From Candidatus Bathyarchaeota archaeon (GTDB lineage: Archaea; Thermoproteota; Bathyarchaeia; Bathyarchaeales; Bathycorpusculaceae): 64,000 nt of DNA. Made by a program: the position numbers and the translations under genes. Shown here one piece after another: positions 50,178 through 60,358 of this stretch. Below the pieces are notes generated by a model. The model made no database searches, was not told where the DNA came from, and saw nothing but the letters and a program-made list of their open reading frames with translations. Position 1 is the first letter of the stretch. Each line of letters starts with the position of its first letter. The stretch covers positions 548,169 to 612,168 of the forward strand of contig CAVYES010000006.1 of assembly GCA_963767735.1 (NCBI GenBank). Reading direction: 5' to 3'.

Positions 50178-51077
50178 ATGCCGTTGTTTGAAACAAAAAA
50201 GAGCAACATCTTTAACGATGCAACCTGGCTGGATCCACAGTCAAATCCGTCTGGAGGCCTGCCTCTCTGTCGTGATGAATACCTAAAGCTAATGGCTTCC
50301 GCTGTCTCAGAAGTTTTCAGAACAGGCAGAGCGAGCAACCAGTTCATTTGGGGCCCTCCAGGGACAGGAAAAACCGTTTGTGTCCAATACTTGCTGAAAG
50401 AAATCCAGCGGCATGCGGAAGAAACGAAAACTTCCGTGGGGACAGCCTACGTCAACGCCGGCAGAACAAGAACCCCATACTATACCCTCTTTGAGACGGT
50501 TAAACAGCTTGGCGTAACCGTTCCAGACGTTGGATGGCAATTTTTCCGCCTGAAAAAAGCCTTCGAAGACTTGCTCACCGATAAAGCTGTGGTAATAGCC
50601 ATCGATGAAGTCGAAAGTATCCTATTCAAAGAAAAGGAGCCACTAATCTACTACTTGAACCGCCAGCCAAAAACAACGCTCATCCTAATAAGTAACAAAC
50701 TACGCCAAATAACGCAGCTTCCAGAAAGATGCTTAAGCACACTGCAGCCAAAACCCATCAACCATAAACCATACACCAACACTGAAGCCTACAAGATACT
50801 CAAAGATCGAGCAGACCATGCTTTCAAACCAGGCGCCATCTCTGATGAACTGCTATCCACAATTTCACAAGCAACCGGCGACTTAGCGGACATTCGCCTC
50901 GGTATAAACATGCTGCTAACAGCCGGACAATCAGCCGAGCAAGAAGAAAGAAACGAAATCAACCAACAAGACGTTCAAAGGGCAATAAACAACGCCCAAA
51001 GCACAAAAAATCTAACAATAATTAACGATCTAAACAAAAAAATCAAAAAACACCTAGGAAGAACAATCGATTTTTAA
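50178..51077 (+). CDS. Orc1/Cdc6-like AAA+ ATPase lacking the C-terminal winged helix
   Basis: CRDE, GPPGTGKT, YVNA, IAIDEVE, PYT..E...IL.DR, DIR. Confidence 0.82.
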   Translation: MPLFETKKSNIFNDATWLDPQSNPSGGLPLCRDEYLKLMASAVSEVFRTGRASNQFIWGPPGTGKTVCVQYLLKEIQRHAEETKTSVGTAYVNAGRTRTPYYTLFETVKQLGVTVPDVGWQFFRLKKAFEDLLTDKAVVIAIDEVESILFKEKEPLIYYLNRQPKTTLILISNKLRQITQLPERCLSTLQPKPINHKPYTNTEAYKILKDRADHAFKPGAISDELLSTISQATGDLADIRLGINMLLTAGQSAEQEERNEINQQDVQRAINNAQSTKNLTIINDLNKKIKKHLGRTIDF

Positions 51078-51268
51078 AAAACCAAAACATAAAAAATTAA
51101 TAAAACAAAAATAAAAAAAGAAACCAAACCAAAAAGGTTAAGAGTTTTAGTCCTTAGGTTCTCAGGGTTCTTAATGGAAACTCTTTTTCAAAGGAGCACC
51201 TGAGCACGACCTTGCTGCGCTATGGTCGAATCCCACCTGCCTATGTCTTTTGGCCAATGGGAAATAGT

Positions 51269-52513
51269 TTATGTTGTTTGGTTCCAATAGTAGATTTGTT
51301 GGTATTTTCCTTCCACAGGGAACTGCGGGTCCTGGTAAACAATATCCAGATTTAAGCCGTATTCACCGAGAAGCTTTTGCGAAATGCTCCAAATCTGAGC
51401 CGAAGTGGCGTCGGGTTTCCATAAGCCCCAAATCAGGTCCTGCGGGCTTCTCATTCCCCACCCATAATTTTCAGGCAAAACCAAGACGGCTTCAGCTACG
51501 CTGTGAACTTTCAGCGTTGGTATGTTGTCCCAGAATTTTTCAATAGCCCCAAATTGCTGATCATTCAAGACTCCGTAAGGGTCGCCTGTGATTTGCGGGT
51601 AATCAAAAATTACCTCGTATTTTGCCCCAGACGTGTACCCAGCTACAAGTTGGCTGTACATTTCTGTGGCGTTCTCAAGGTAAGGCGGCTGGCTATACGT
51701 CCAAGTTATTATGTCTCCCCAAGTTTTATTTTGCAGATATGCTGCGCCCCTTGTCAACGCTATAGCTTGGTCAACTTGAGTAGCACTCTGGTTGGAGCCA
51801 AACTCGGTAAAAATGGTGTCGTAACCGGCTTCGTAATCGAACCAGTAAAGCGCATAATCTGAAGTGAAAGAGTTGATTGAACGGTTCTCAAGCTGGTTTA
51901 GGCCTAAGCCTGTTTCTATGGCGGTGACAAAGTGGTAGGCTGATTCATAATTATTATAATCGTCAAGGGGAAGTGAGCCGTTCATTTCGAGATTTATCGC
52001 TGGTGAATGCGAATAGTATATTGAGGATTTGCTGAGGCTTAATTGGTTAAAGAATCCCGTCCAGTTGGCATCTATAACGCTGCCGCCAGGTTCATCACTT
52101 AAGTAGACTCCTAAGAAGTGGCTGCCCCACTGTTGCTTCGCGTAATCAAGCCAAGAGATCTGCCAAGGATAATGAGGATTAAAATAGCCAAAATAAACAA
52201 TCACGTCCAAGCCGGAGCAAACAGCGTAATTAACTATTTCATTCAGGGCAGTTTCGTTAACGCTGACAGGACCCGATTGCACTACAAAAAGATTCGTGTA
52301 ACCCTTCACCTTGTCGATAAGCAGTTCTGCTTGTGCCGTCGTGTTGCCGCAGAAGGAAACGCCAACATAAAAGTCAGAGGGTTTCCCATGCTGATTTTGG
52401 CTGCTGAGGTCAAGGTAGGGTGAAAGCGCTGTTGAAGCTAAAATCAAAATTATCATTACCACGATTGTTAGTGTGACGATTAAAATTCGCTTCAATAAAA
52501 CGCCTCTGAACAC
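51269..52513 (-). CDS. membrane-anchored extracellular hypothetical protein
   Basis: N-terminal TM; DEPGG, TSDYALYWFDY..GYD, glycoside-hydrolase-like spacing. Confidence 0.7.
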   Translation of the reverse strand: MFRGVLLKRILIVTLTIVVMIILILASTALSPYLDLSSQNQHGKPSDFYVGVSFCGNTTAQAELLIDKVKGYTNLFVVQSGPVSVNETALNEIVNYAVCSGLDVIVYFGYFNPHYPWQISWLDYAKQQWGSHFLGVYLSDEPGGSVIDANWTGFFNQLSLSKSSIYYSHSPAINLEMNGSLPLDDYNNYESAYHFVTAIETGLGLNQLENRSINSFTSDYALYWFDYEAGYDTIFTEFGSNQSATQVDQAIALTRGAAYLQNKTWGDIITWTYSQPPYLENATEMYSQLVAGYTSGAKYEVIFDYPQITGDPYGVLNDQQFGAIEKFWDNIPTLKVHSVAEAVLVLPENYGWGMRSPQDLIWGLWKPDATSAQIWSISQKLLGEYGLNLDIVYQDPQFPVEGKYQQIYYWNQTT

Positions 52514-52797
52514 TCACGCCTGCAGAAGCTTAGGCTTTCCACTTAAACAATAACTAATACTCATAGAAATATGTTATCCAATAGTAGCTCTAGCGAATAA
52601 TTTTTGCTGATTTTTCTAACCAATCCATGTTGTGCCGTCCACCCAAAAATGAAGCGGCAACGCAAATACGACCAAGGCTATGTCCAGGTAAATGTTAAGT
52701 GCATTTGAAAAAATGTATTACAAGCAGAATTAATGAATAAAAAAATACAAAAGTTAAAAAATAAAAAAGGAACCAAAAGAGGTTAAGAGTTTGGTTC

Positions 52798-53949
52798 TTA
52801 ATAGAAACTCTTGATGGGTGAATCATCATCAAGGGTTGCGCATTTTATTTCTTGGATTTTCGTTTTCGTTAAAGCTTTGATATTGTTGAAGTCTGACATT
52901 TCACCGTAGCTTACCAGCGTTATGGCTGTGCCTTCTTCTCCTTTGCGGGCGGTTCTTCCTATGCGGTGGAAATATACTGGTGCATCCATAGGTACGTCAT
53001 AGTTGATTATGTGTGTTATGCCTTCGATGTCTAAGCCTCTTGCCGCAACGTCTGTTGCTATGAGTAGGCTGAGTCGGTCTGAGCGGAAGTCGTTGATTGC
53101 GCGGTCTCTTTGAGCTTGAGTATAGCCAGCGTGCAGTGCTTGTGCTCGGAACCCTTTCCTGTATAGTTGGTCTGAGAGCCTGCTTGTTTCCCTGCGTGTT
53201 CTACAGAAAACAATTGCTTTATCCACGCGCTCTTTGCGGATTATGTCACAGAGAGCATCAAACTTGCCAGCCTGGTTAATGACTGTGTAGAACTGCTTCA
53301 TTTGCGTTAATGCAATCTCGTCTTTGCTAACGAGGATTTTCTGCGGGTTCTTCATGTATTTGTTGCAGACTTTCATAACTGATTGATCGATTGTGGCTGA
53401 AAAAAGGCTTGTTTGCCTGTCGTATGGTGTTTTTGAGAGGATAAATTCGATGTCTTCTATAAAGCCCATGTCCAGCATTCTGTCGGCTTCATCAAGAACC
53501 ACCATTTTGACAGATCCGAGGTTTAAAACGCGCCTTTCCATAAGGTCGATTAATCTGCCAGGTGTGCCAACGACAATTTGGACACCGTTTGATAGAGCAT
53601 GTATTTGCTTGTTGATTGATTCTCCGCCGTAAACAGCCAAAACCTTGATTCTGGCGTATTTCGCAAAAAGCGCCATTTGTTCAGCTACTTGTACAGCTAA
53701 CTCGCGTGTAGGCACTAAAATTAGGCCTTGAACACCGCGAACTTCACGGTTTAACCGTTGAACCATGGGAATGCCAAAAGCAGCTGTTTTGCCTGTTCCA
53801 GTTTGTGCCTGCCCGATAACATCTTTGCCTTCGAGCAAGGGAATTATTGCTTGGGCTTGAATTGGAAAAAGACTCTCAAACCCGAGTTCTTCTATACTTC
53901 TTAGGACTTCACTAGTTAATGGTAAGTCCTTAAATGATTGAATTTGCAT
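52798..53949 (-). CDS. DEAD-box RNA helicase
   Basis: AQTGTGKT, PTRELA, TPGR, DEAD, SAT, ARGLD, HRIGRTAR. Confidence 0.97.
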   Translation of the reverse strand: MQIQSFKDLPLTSEVLRSIEELGFESLFPIQAQAIIPLLEGKDVIGQAQTGTGKTAAFGIPMVQRLNREVRGVQGLILVPTRELAVQVAEQMALFAKYARIKVLAVYGGESINKQIHALSNGVQIVVGTPGRLIDLMERRVLNLGSVKMVVLDEADRMLDMGFIEDIEFILSKTPYDRQTSLFSATIDQSVMKVCNKYMKNPQKILVSKDEIALTQMKQFYTVINQAGKFDALCDIIRKERVDKAIVFCRTRRETSRLSDQLYRKGFRAQALHAGYTQAQRDRAINDFRSDRLSLLIATDVAARGLDIEGITHIINYDVPMDAPVYFHRIGRTARKGEEGTAITLVSYGEMSDFNNIKALTKTKIQEIKCATLDDDSPIKSFY

Positions 53950-54312
53950 ATACTATTTTTTTCTCCTGCCACAGAACTTTTTCATGATTTCTCTAAAAGC
54001 TTCAGGAGCTTTGGGGTGATACATGAGTTAATGTGACAATCTCAGAAGGGGGGTTTTGGCGTATAAAAAGCTTTAGCATGATTTCAGGCAATTGGATACG
54101 TCTGAAAATAGGTTTTTGCAAAAGACAGTACTATATTGCTTTGCATCAGACATTTTTAGGTCGCTTGAACATTTAATTTTTCAAAGAAACACCTTAGAAG
54201 CAGGATTTTAATTGTGGTTGTCATGGCTCAGTCACATAATCATAAAAGTAATTCAGTTATACTCTGTTTCAAGACAAAGTGCTTGAATGCTAAAAATTGG
54301 GAGATTAAAAAA

Positions 54313-54589
54313 ATGAGCAAAGCAAAAGCAAGAAAAAAACCTGCAGCCATACTTTTACGAAGGTCCTCCTTTAAGTAAACAGGAAAAGGAAGAGGAAACA
54401 GACGACCTCTACGATACCGAAGAAAGAGAAACGATGCTGGATGACGATGAAATCACCGCTGCTGAAGAAGGATTCATGAAGGGACGAGAACAGGAACCGC
54501 CAAGCAAAAAAGAAACACGCAAAAACGCCGTCAGCCACGATGACTCAGTTTCGGTTGAATTAGCCAAAGAAGACAGCGAAGAAGATTAA
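54313..54589 (+). CDS. small acidic protein, frameshift in A-run near 54335
   Basis: MSKAKARK then ...DDLYDTEERETMLDDDEITAAEEGFMKG...EDSEED*. Confidence 0.55.
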
Positions 54590-54803
54590 ACAACCAGCTA
54601 AACCATCTTTCAGGGTCTTTAGCGGTTTTCAAGAAACTAAAGATTTATCCTGTTCAGTGGCAAACATGCAATTATTGAGTTTGCAAAATGGGTTTTGATC
54701 CATTTTTGTTTCGACGTTAAAATGAAAGCTTTTTTAGGGTTATGTTACCATTAACCATAAAAGGCAGAAAGTAGAATAATTGCATGAGGCTTTAAAAAAA
54801 ATA

Positions 54804-54950
54804 ATGTCGTTTAGAGATCCAGTTTGCGGCATGGTTCTTAACGAGGATACTGCTAAATTTAAAATTACTTATGAGGGCGAAACATACCATTTCTGCAGTC
54901 TCGTTTGCAAGAAACGATTCAAGAGGCATGCCACAAAATTCGTTAAATAG
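54804..54950 (+). CDS. YHS/TRASH domain protein, 48 aa (absent from ORF track)
   Basis: MSFRDPVCGM...YEGETYHFCSLVCKKRF. Confidence 0.88.
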   Translation: MSFRDPVCGMVLNEDTAKFKITYEGETYHFCSLVCKKRFKRHATKFVK

Positions 54951-54993
54951 TCGGTTTTAACCAAAAAAGAAAGGGATTGGTTGTTTTTTAGGT

Positions 54994-55753
54994 TTACTTG
55001 AAGATTTTCCAGACAAGTGCAGCTATTATTCCGCCGATTATTGGAGCAACCCAGAAGACCCAAAGCTGACTCAACGCGGTGCCGCCGACAAAAAGTGCTG
55101 GTCCTAAGACTTCTTGCAGGGTTTACTGAGGTGCCGTCTATGGGTATTGCAACTATGTGAATCATTGTCAAGGTTAAGCCAATAGCTAATCCAGCGAATC
55201 CTTTAGGTGCTCTTTCATGTGTTGAACCGTGAACGACAAGAACAAATATGAACGTTAAGACTACTTCGGCAAGAAATACGCCCGCTAAAGAATAATTAGC
55301 TGCAGAAGCACTTCCGTAGCCGTTTGCGCCTAAACCGAATTTTGCTAAACTATATGCTGGGTTTCCTAATGCTATTGCGTAGAGCAAGCCTGCGCCAATT
55401 ATTGCGCCTATGCATTGAAAAACAACGTAAAATATGGTGTCTTTTATGCTTAGTTTTCCAGCAACCAGCATTGAAATTGAGATGGCAGGGTTAATGTGAC
55501 AACCCGAAATGCCGCCAATGGTGTAAACCATAGCTAATACTGCGATGCCGAAAGCAAAAGCTATACCGACATATCCAATATCATATCCTAAGAACGAGAC
55601 AGATAAGCTTACCATAACTGCACTGCCGCAGCCGATCAGCACAAGAACCATAGTTCCAATCAGTTCAGCCGCGTATTTTTTTATAGGCGTAATTTGAGGT
55701 GTTGCTGGCGGAGGGTTTGGTATTTCGGTTAATTTCTTTTCTATTTCGCCCAT
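54994..55753 (-). CDS. aqpZ: aquaporin (MIP family); frameshift after second NPA
   Basis: [15 protein letters not shown]; alternate frame gives [24 protein letters not shown]...*. Confidence 0.9.
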
Positions 55754-55830
55754 TCTTTTTCCCCTTTTTCCGATTTAGCTTTCTGATTTCTAAGTTAGCG
55801 CTTATAATGGTTTCCATAGAGAAAAATAGA

Positions 55831-57110
55831 TTAAAGTTTCTCGCTTGCTGAAATATCCATCATCATAAGTCCCGAAACCATCTTGGGGTAGAAATCCGTG
55901 CTTTTTTCAGGCAAAAGTTCATGCTGCTGCGCTATCTCTGCAACTGTTTGGGCGCTTATCGGGTTAACCAGAAATGCGATGCTGGCTTCTCCACGGTTAA
56001 CTTTATCCACTGCTTCCCTTGTCCAACGCACATAGAGGATGTTGTTCATCCATGTTTAATTCGCCTGTTTTGAGAATATGCTTGAAAACGATGTCTCGAA
56101 GGATAACCACGTCGAAAATTTTTGTTTCTTTAGAGACTTTCGCCTTCACATAATCATAAACGCTTTTGTCATGCTTCAAGACTAAACCGTAAGCTTTCGA
56201 GCCGTCGTAAATGCAGAAAGCATGCTCATTGGCATGGGTTTTCAAAAAATCCTCCAATGCTTTTGCCGTCGGGTCAATTTCTGAAACGTCAAAGAAGCGT
56301 TTGAATTCTTGCAAAACTTCATCGGTTAACTTGAGCTCTTTAAGGAGTCTGTGCGTTGGCAAAACAACAAGTCCTTCTTCTTGAACTGGCACCATGTAGC
56401 TCATGTGGAAATTAAACGCTGAATCCGCACTCCATTTTCCTTTACTGCGCATTTCGTCTCGGTAGGCTAAAGCGCTCTCGTATCGGTGGTGTCCGTCAGT
56501 TATCACCATGGTTTTGCCGCTTAAGTCCGCTTGCAGCTGACTGATTTTTTGAGGGTCCGTAACTCTCCAAACTGTGTGCTTAACTTGTAATGAGTCAGTA
56601 ACTTGGATTATCGGTTTAGCCTTAGCTGCTTCCTGCAGGAAAGCGATGGTTTTCCGTTCCGGATCAGAATAGATCAGGAACACGGGTTCAAGGTCTTTTT
56701 GGACGGTGCGCAGCATGTTTAGTCGATCAGCTTTTGGCGCTTTGTAGGTGCCTTCGTGGGGGAACACCATGTTTTCATTGTACTCGTAGAGGCGCAGCGC
56801 AGCGATTATTCCTGTACGCTCATATTTTTTGCCGTCTAATGTGAATTCTTGGCGTGAAACGAAAACTGCAGGCTCATTTTCCTTAGCCAATACTGCCTTC
56901 TTTTAGCCACTTCTCAATCCGCTGCTGTGCCGTTTGGTACTTGTTTTCTTCCATTGGCAGAATCAGGCGGCAATAATTGTAGGGTGATTTCTGGTAGTAT
57001 TCTTTTTGCATTTCTGCATCTATTTTATCGTAGGGTTGAGTAATGAGGTTCTCTGGGTTGCCTGCTTTTTGCGTGTACCGTATGGCTTTGAACGGTCTAA
57101 TGTCCACCAA
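55831..57110 (-). CDS. DUF1015 family protein, split by two frameshifts
   Basis: IRPFKAIRY, PYD, PHE.T, DGHHRYE, LPTHR, KSTDFYPK..SGL. Confidence 0.85.
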
Positions 57111-57120
57111 ACGTTTCAGC

Positions 57121-58021
57121 TCACGGTTTTTTTTCCAGCGCTTCTATAACTGCTTTAGCTATTTGTACACTTGCCTTGAGTTGCGCTTCATTTGTTTGGG
57201 CGCCGATGTGCGGCGTGGCAATCACATTGTTTAATGTTAAAAGTTTGCTGTTTTTCGGCGGTTCTTCCTCAAAAACATCCAATGCAGCGCCCTTAACCTT
57301 GCCCGATAGTAATGCTTGGTATAGCGCTTCTTGGTCTACAACTCCGCCGCGTGAACAGTCAATCAGCATTACGCCATCTTTCATCAGGTTAAACTCTTTG
57401 GTGGAAATCATGTGTTTAGTGTGGGGTGTTAGGGGCACGTGGATGGTGATGAAGTCCGCCTTTGGCAACATTTCAGCCAGAGGCACAAAACGGTCATAGG
57501 ACGCATTCATCAACAGGAAGCACTTCCATGCCCAAGGATGCGGCTAAGCGTTCAACCATTTTCCCAATGTAGCCGCAGCCGATTACGCCCAGCGTTTTGC
57601 CGTTTACCTCTGTTCCAATTAATTTTTCTTTTTCCCATTTACCCTCACGCAAACTCTCTGTTCCCTGCACGATGTTTCTTGCAAGCGCCAGCAAGTGACC
57701 TATTGTTAATTCTGCAACACTCATGTATGAAACATGGGGAGTATTAACCAAGGTGATGCCGAGGGTTTTTGCCCTTTCAAAATCAACGTTGTCTAAGCCT
57801 TCACCTGCGCGTCCGATCACTTTGAGTTTTTTAGCGTTATCTAAAAGTTCCCCTTTAACCTTTGTTGCTGACCTAACAATTAACACGTCATAATCCGCAA
57901 TTATTTTTGGCAGTTCAGTTTTGGGTATGTCCCATGCGCGATTTACTTGGTAGCCTTTTTCTTCGAGAAGTTTTATGCCGTCTTCGAATATTTTGTCGCT
58001 TATGAGGATTTTATAGGTCAC
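57121..58021 (-). CDS. serA: D-3-phosphoglycerate dehydrogenase (short form); one frameshift near 57505
   Basis: VRSATKV, GRAGEGLDNVD, GCGYIG, HVPLTP, SRGGVVD, LDVFEEEP, TPHIGAQT. Confidence 0.88.
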
Positions 58022-59094
58022 GTTAATCCCCAAATAGAATCAATTATGCCAATGACTTCCTTGATTCCCTGCAAGTTCCATTCACCCATGTGTCCGATGC
58101 GGAAGGTTTTCTCAGATAATTTGCCGTAACCGTTAGATATCATGTAGCCCCTCTCGCCAAGTTTCTGGTTGAGTTCCTTCACGTTTTTGCCCAACGTGTT
58201 TTTTATGCAGCTAACAGTTATCGATTCGTAGCCCGGCTCAGGGAACATTTCAAAATGTTTTTTCGCCCACTGCTGCGTATACTTAGCCATTTCAAAGTGG
58301 CGCTGGTAAACTTTTTCGTATGTTTCTTCCAGCAGAAGGTCCATGCGTTTATTGAGGGCGTAAATTAAAGGTATGCAGGGGGTAAAGGGTGTTTGGTGTT
58401 TTTTTTCAAACTCGAAGATTTCAACTATATCCGTGTAGGTGCCTCTGTTTGGCACTTGCTTTGCTCTCTCGATTGCCCGGTTGTTCACCAATGCAACCGT
58501 TAATCCTGGTGGTAGAGCGAAGCATTTTTGGGTTGAAGCAAAGATGATGTCGCAGCCGATTTCTTGGGGTAGGGTTTTGTCTCCTGCCATGGAGGAAACT
58601 GCGTCGACTGCGTAGATGACGTTTGGGTATTTTTTGCGTACAAGTTTGCCTATTTCGCTTATGGGGTTTCTTACGCCGGTGGAGGATTCGTTGTGGCAAA
58701 CCGTTAATGTGTCATATTCGTCGCTGTCAAGTTTTTCCTCTATCATTTCCGGTTTGACAGCTTTGCCCCACTCAACCTCTATGAAATCAGTTTTTTTGCC
58801 GCATGCACGCAGGGTTTCAGCGCATCGCTGGGAGAAAGCGCCGTTTACGCATGCGAGCGCTTTTTGTTTAACTATGCTTCTGCCGACTATGTCAAACCAA
58901 AGTGTTCCCGACGAAGTTGTAACTGCAGGCTTAACCTCTTCAGATAACTCAAAATACCTGCTTAGTTTAGCGGTTACTCCGCCGTACAGGTCTGAGAATT
59001 CTTTTTCTCTGTGACCAATAAGGAGGTGAGTTTGCTCGTTGAGTATTTCTTGGCTCACTTCCGTGGGGCCAGGAATCAAGAGTTTCTTGTGCAT
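58018..59094 (-). CDS. class V PLP aminotransferase (serine-pyruvate/phosphoserine type)
   Basis: LIPGPT, HNESSTGV, VDAVSS, STQKCFALPPG, FRIGHMG. Confidence 0.92.
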   Translation of the reverse strand: MHKKLLIPGPTEVSQEILNEQTHLLIGHREKEFSDLYGGVTAKLSRYFELSEEVKPAVTTSSGTLWFDIVGRSIVKQKALACVNGAFSQRCAETLRACGKKTDFIEVEWGKAVKPEMIEEKLDSDEYDTLTVCHNESSTGVRNPISEIGKLVRKKYPNVIYAVDAVSSMAGDKTLPQEIGCDIIFASTQKCFALPPGLTVALVNNRAIERAKQVPNRGTYTDIVEIFEFEKKHQTPFTPCIPLIYALNKRMDLLLEETYEKVYQRHFEMAKYTQQWAKKHFEMFPEPGYESITVSCIKNTLGKNVKELNQKLGERGYMISNGYGKLSEKTFRIGHMGEWNLQGIKEVIGIIDSIWGLT

Positions 59095-59322
59095 GCTAAA
59101 TCCTTCCAGCAAGAAGGTTCAACATTTAAAATATAAGGGTTATGTGCAGTAACCAGTGTCTTTTTGCCTTCAAAAGCCCCGAACTCATCCGTGTTCATCA
59201 AATTAAACTGGCAATTAATGATGCAAATGTGTTCGTAATTTGGAATATATCAATGATCGTAAGCTTGATTCATTAATGCTTTCGCCAAATTAATATATTG
59301 GGAGAAGCGAGAAGCCGATCAC

Positions 59323-59667
59323 ATGCAAAAAACAGAGGTAATTCTGAGTTTTTTTCTTATCCTGATGGGTTCGATAGATTGCTTAACCACCGTGGTGGGT
59401 GTTCTATATTCTAGAGCTACCGAGTTGAACCCCTTCATGGCGGGTATAGTTAGCACAAACATCGGAGCTTTTTTAGCGGTTAAAATTGCAGCGACCCTGC
59501 TCATAGCCTTCACATATTTTTTGGCGAACAGAATTTTGCTGAAAACTCCGAATAAAAGCAGCAGATCTTTCAAGTATTCTTATAAATTTTTAAGAGTCAC
59601 TTATGTCGGCATCATAGCGTTTATGTTTATAGTGATTGCAAATAACCTTTTAATTCTGTTAGCGTGA
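59323..59667 (+). CDS. DUF5658-like membrane protein
   Basis: DCLTT..G......ELNPFM...FLAVK. Confidence 0.7.
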   Translation: MQKTEVILSFFLILMGSIDCLTTVVGVLYSRATELNPFMAGIVSTNIGAFLAVKIAATLLIAFTYFLANRILLKTPNKSSRSFKYSYKFLRVTYVGIIAFMFIVIANNLLILLA

Positions 59668-59848
59668 GCAAAAAGAAAGAGCGGCGAAAACTTGTTTTTT
59701 TGCGTCATGGTCAAAGGCTTGATTTGTAGTGCTGATTAGTAAAGCATAAATAAAATATTCTAGTTTATAACAATTAGAGTTCAAGGTTTAAAAGTTAAGA
59801 AATGCTTAACTGTTGCAACCCCCAATACTATGAGGTTGAGAGAGGAAA

Positions 59849-60358
59849 ATGAAATTTAGCCTGTTCGGTAAACGCAAACAACAAGCAGAACCCGAAAATG
59901 CAGCCGTGCCCCAAGAAGAACCCAAAGAAGAAACAGCCGTTGTCTCCGAAGAGCCAAAACAAGAATCAGCCGCAACTCAGCAACCCGCGCCAGCGCCAGC
60001 ACAAGAAACCGTGGTGTCTCCGCAAGAGCCTAAACAAGAAGCCGCTGAAACCGCGAGTAAGACTTATCTTAAAGCTATGCCTCTCAAAGAATTAGCTGAT
60101 ATTGAGAACGTGAAAAATGAGGTTAAAAACGGAAATATTATTATTTTACGGGTTACGCCTCTTGCGGGTAAAAGCATTGATGAAGTAAAGACTGCAGTAA
60201 ATCAGCTCTACGAATTCGCCGAATCCGTCGGGGGCGACATTGCACGTCTGGGGGAAGAGCGCGTGGTTATTTGCCCAAAAAATATTAGGATTTGGCGGGA
60301 AAAAACGCCGGGTTCTCATGAGCCTGTTTCTGAAGGGGCTTTGCCTACAGCAGCCTAA
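59849..60358 (+). CDS. sepF: cell division protein SepF
   Basis: EVKNGNIIIL..TPL, GGDIARLGEERVVICP. Confidence 0.85.
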   Translation: MKFSLFGKRKQQAEPENAAVPQEEPKEETAVVSEEPKQESAATQQPAPAPAQETVVSPQEPKQEAAETASKTYLKAMPLKELADIENVKNEVKNGNIIILRVTPLAGKSIDEVKTAVNQLYEFAESVGGDIARLGEERVVICPKNIRIWREKTPGSHEPVSEGALPTAA

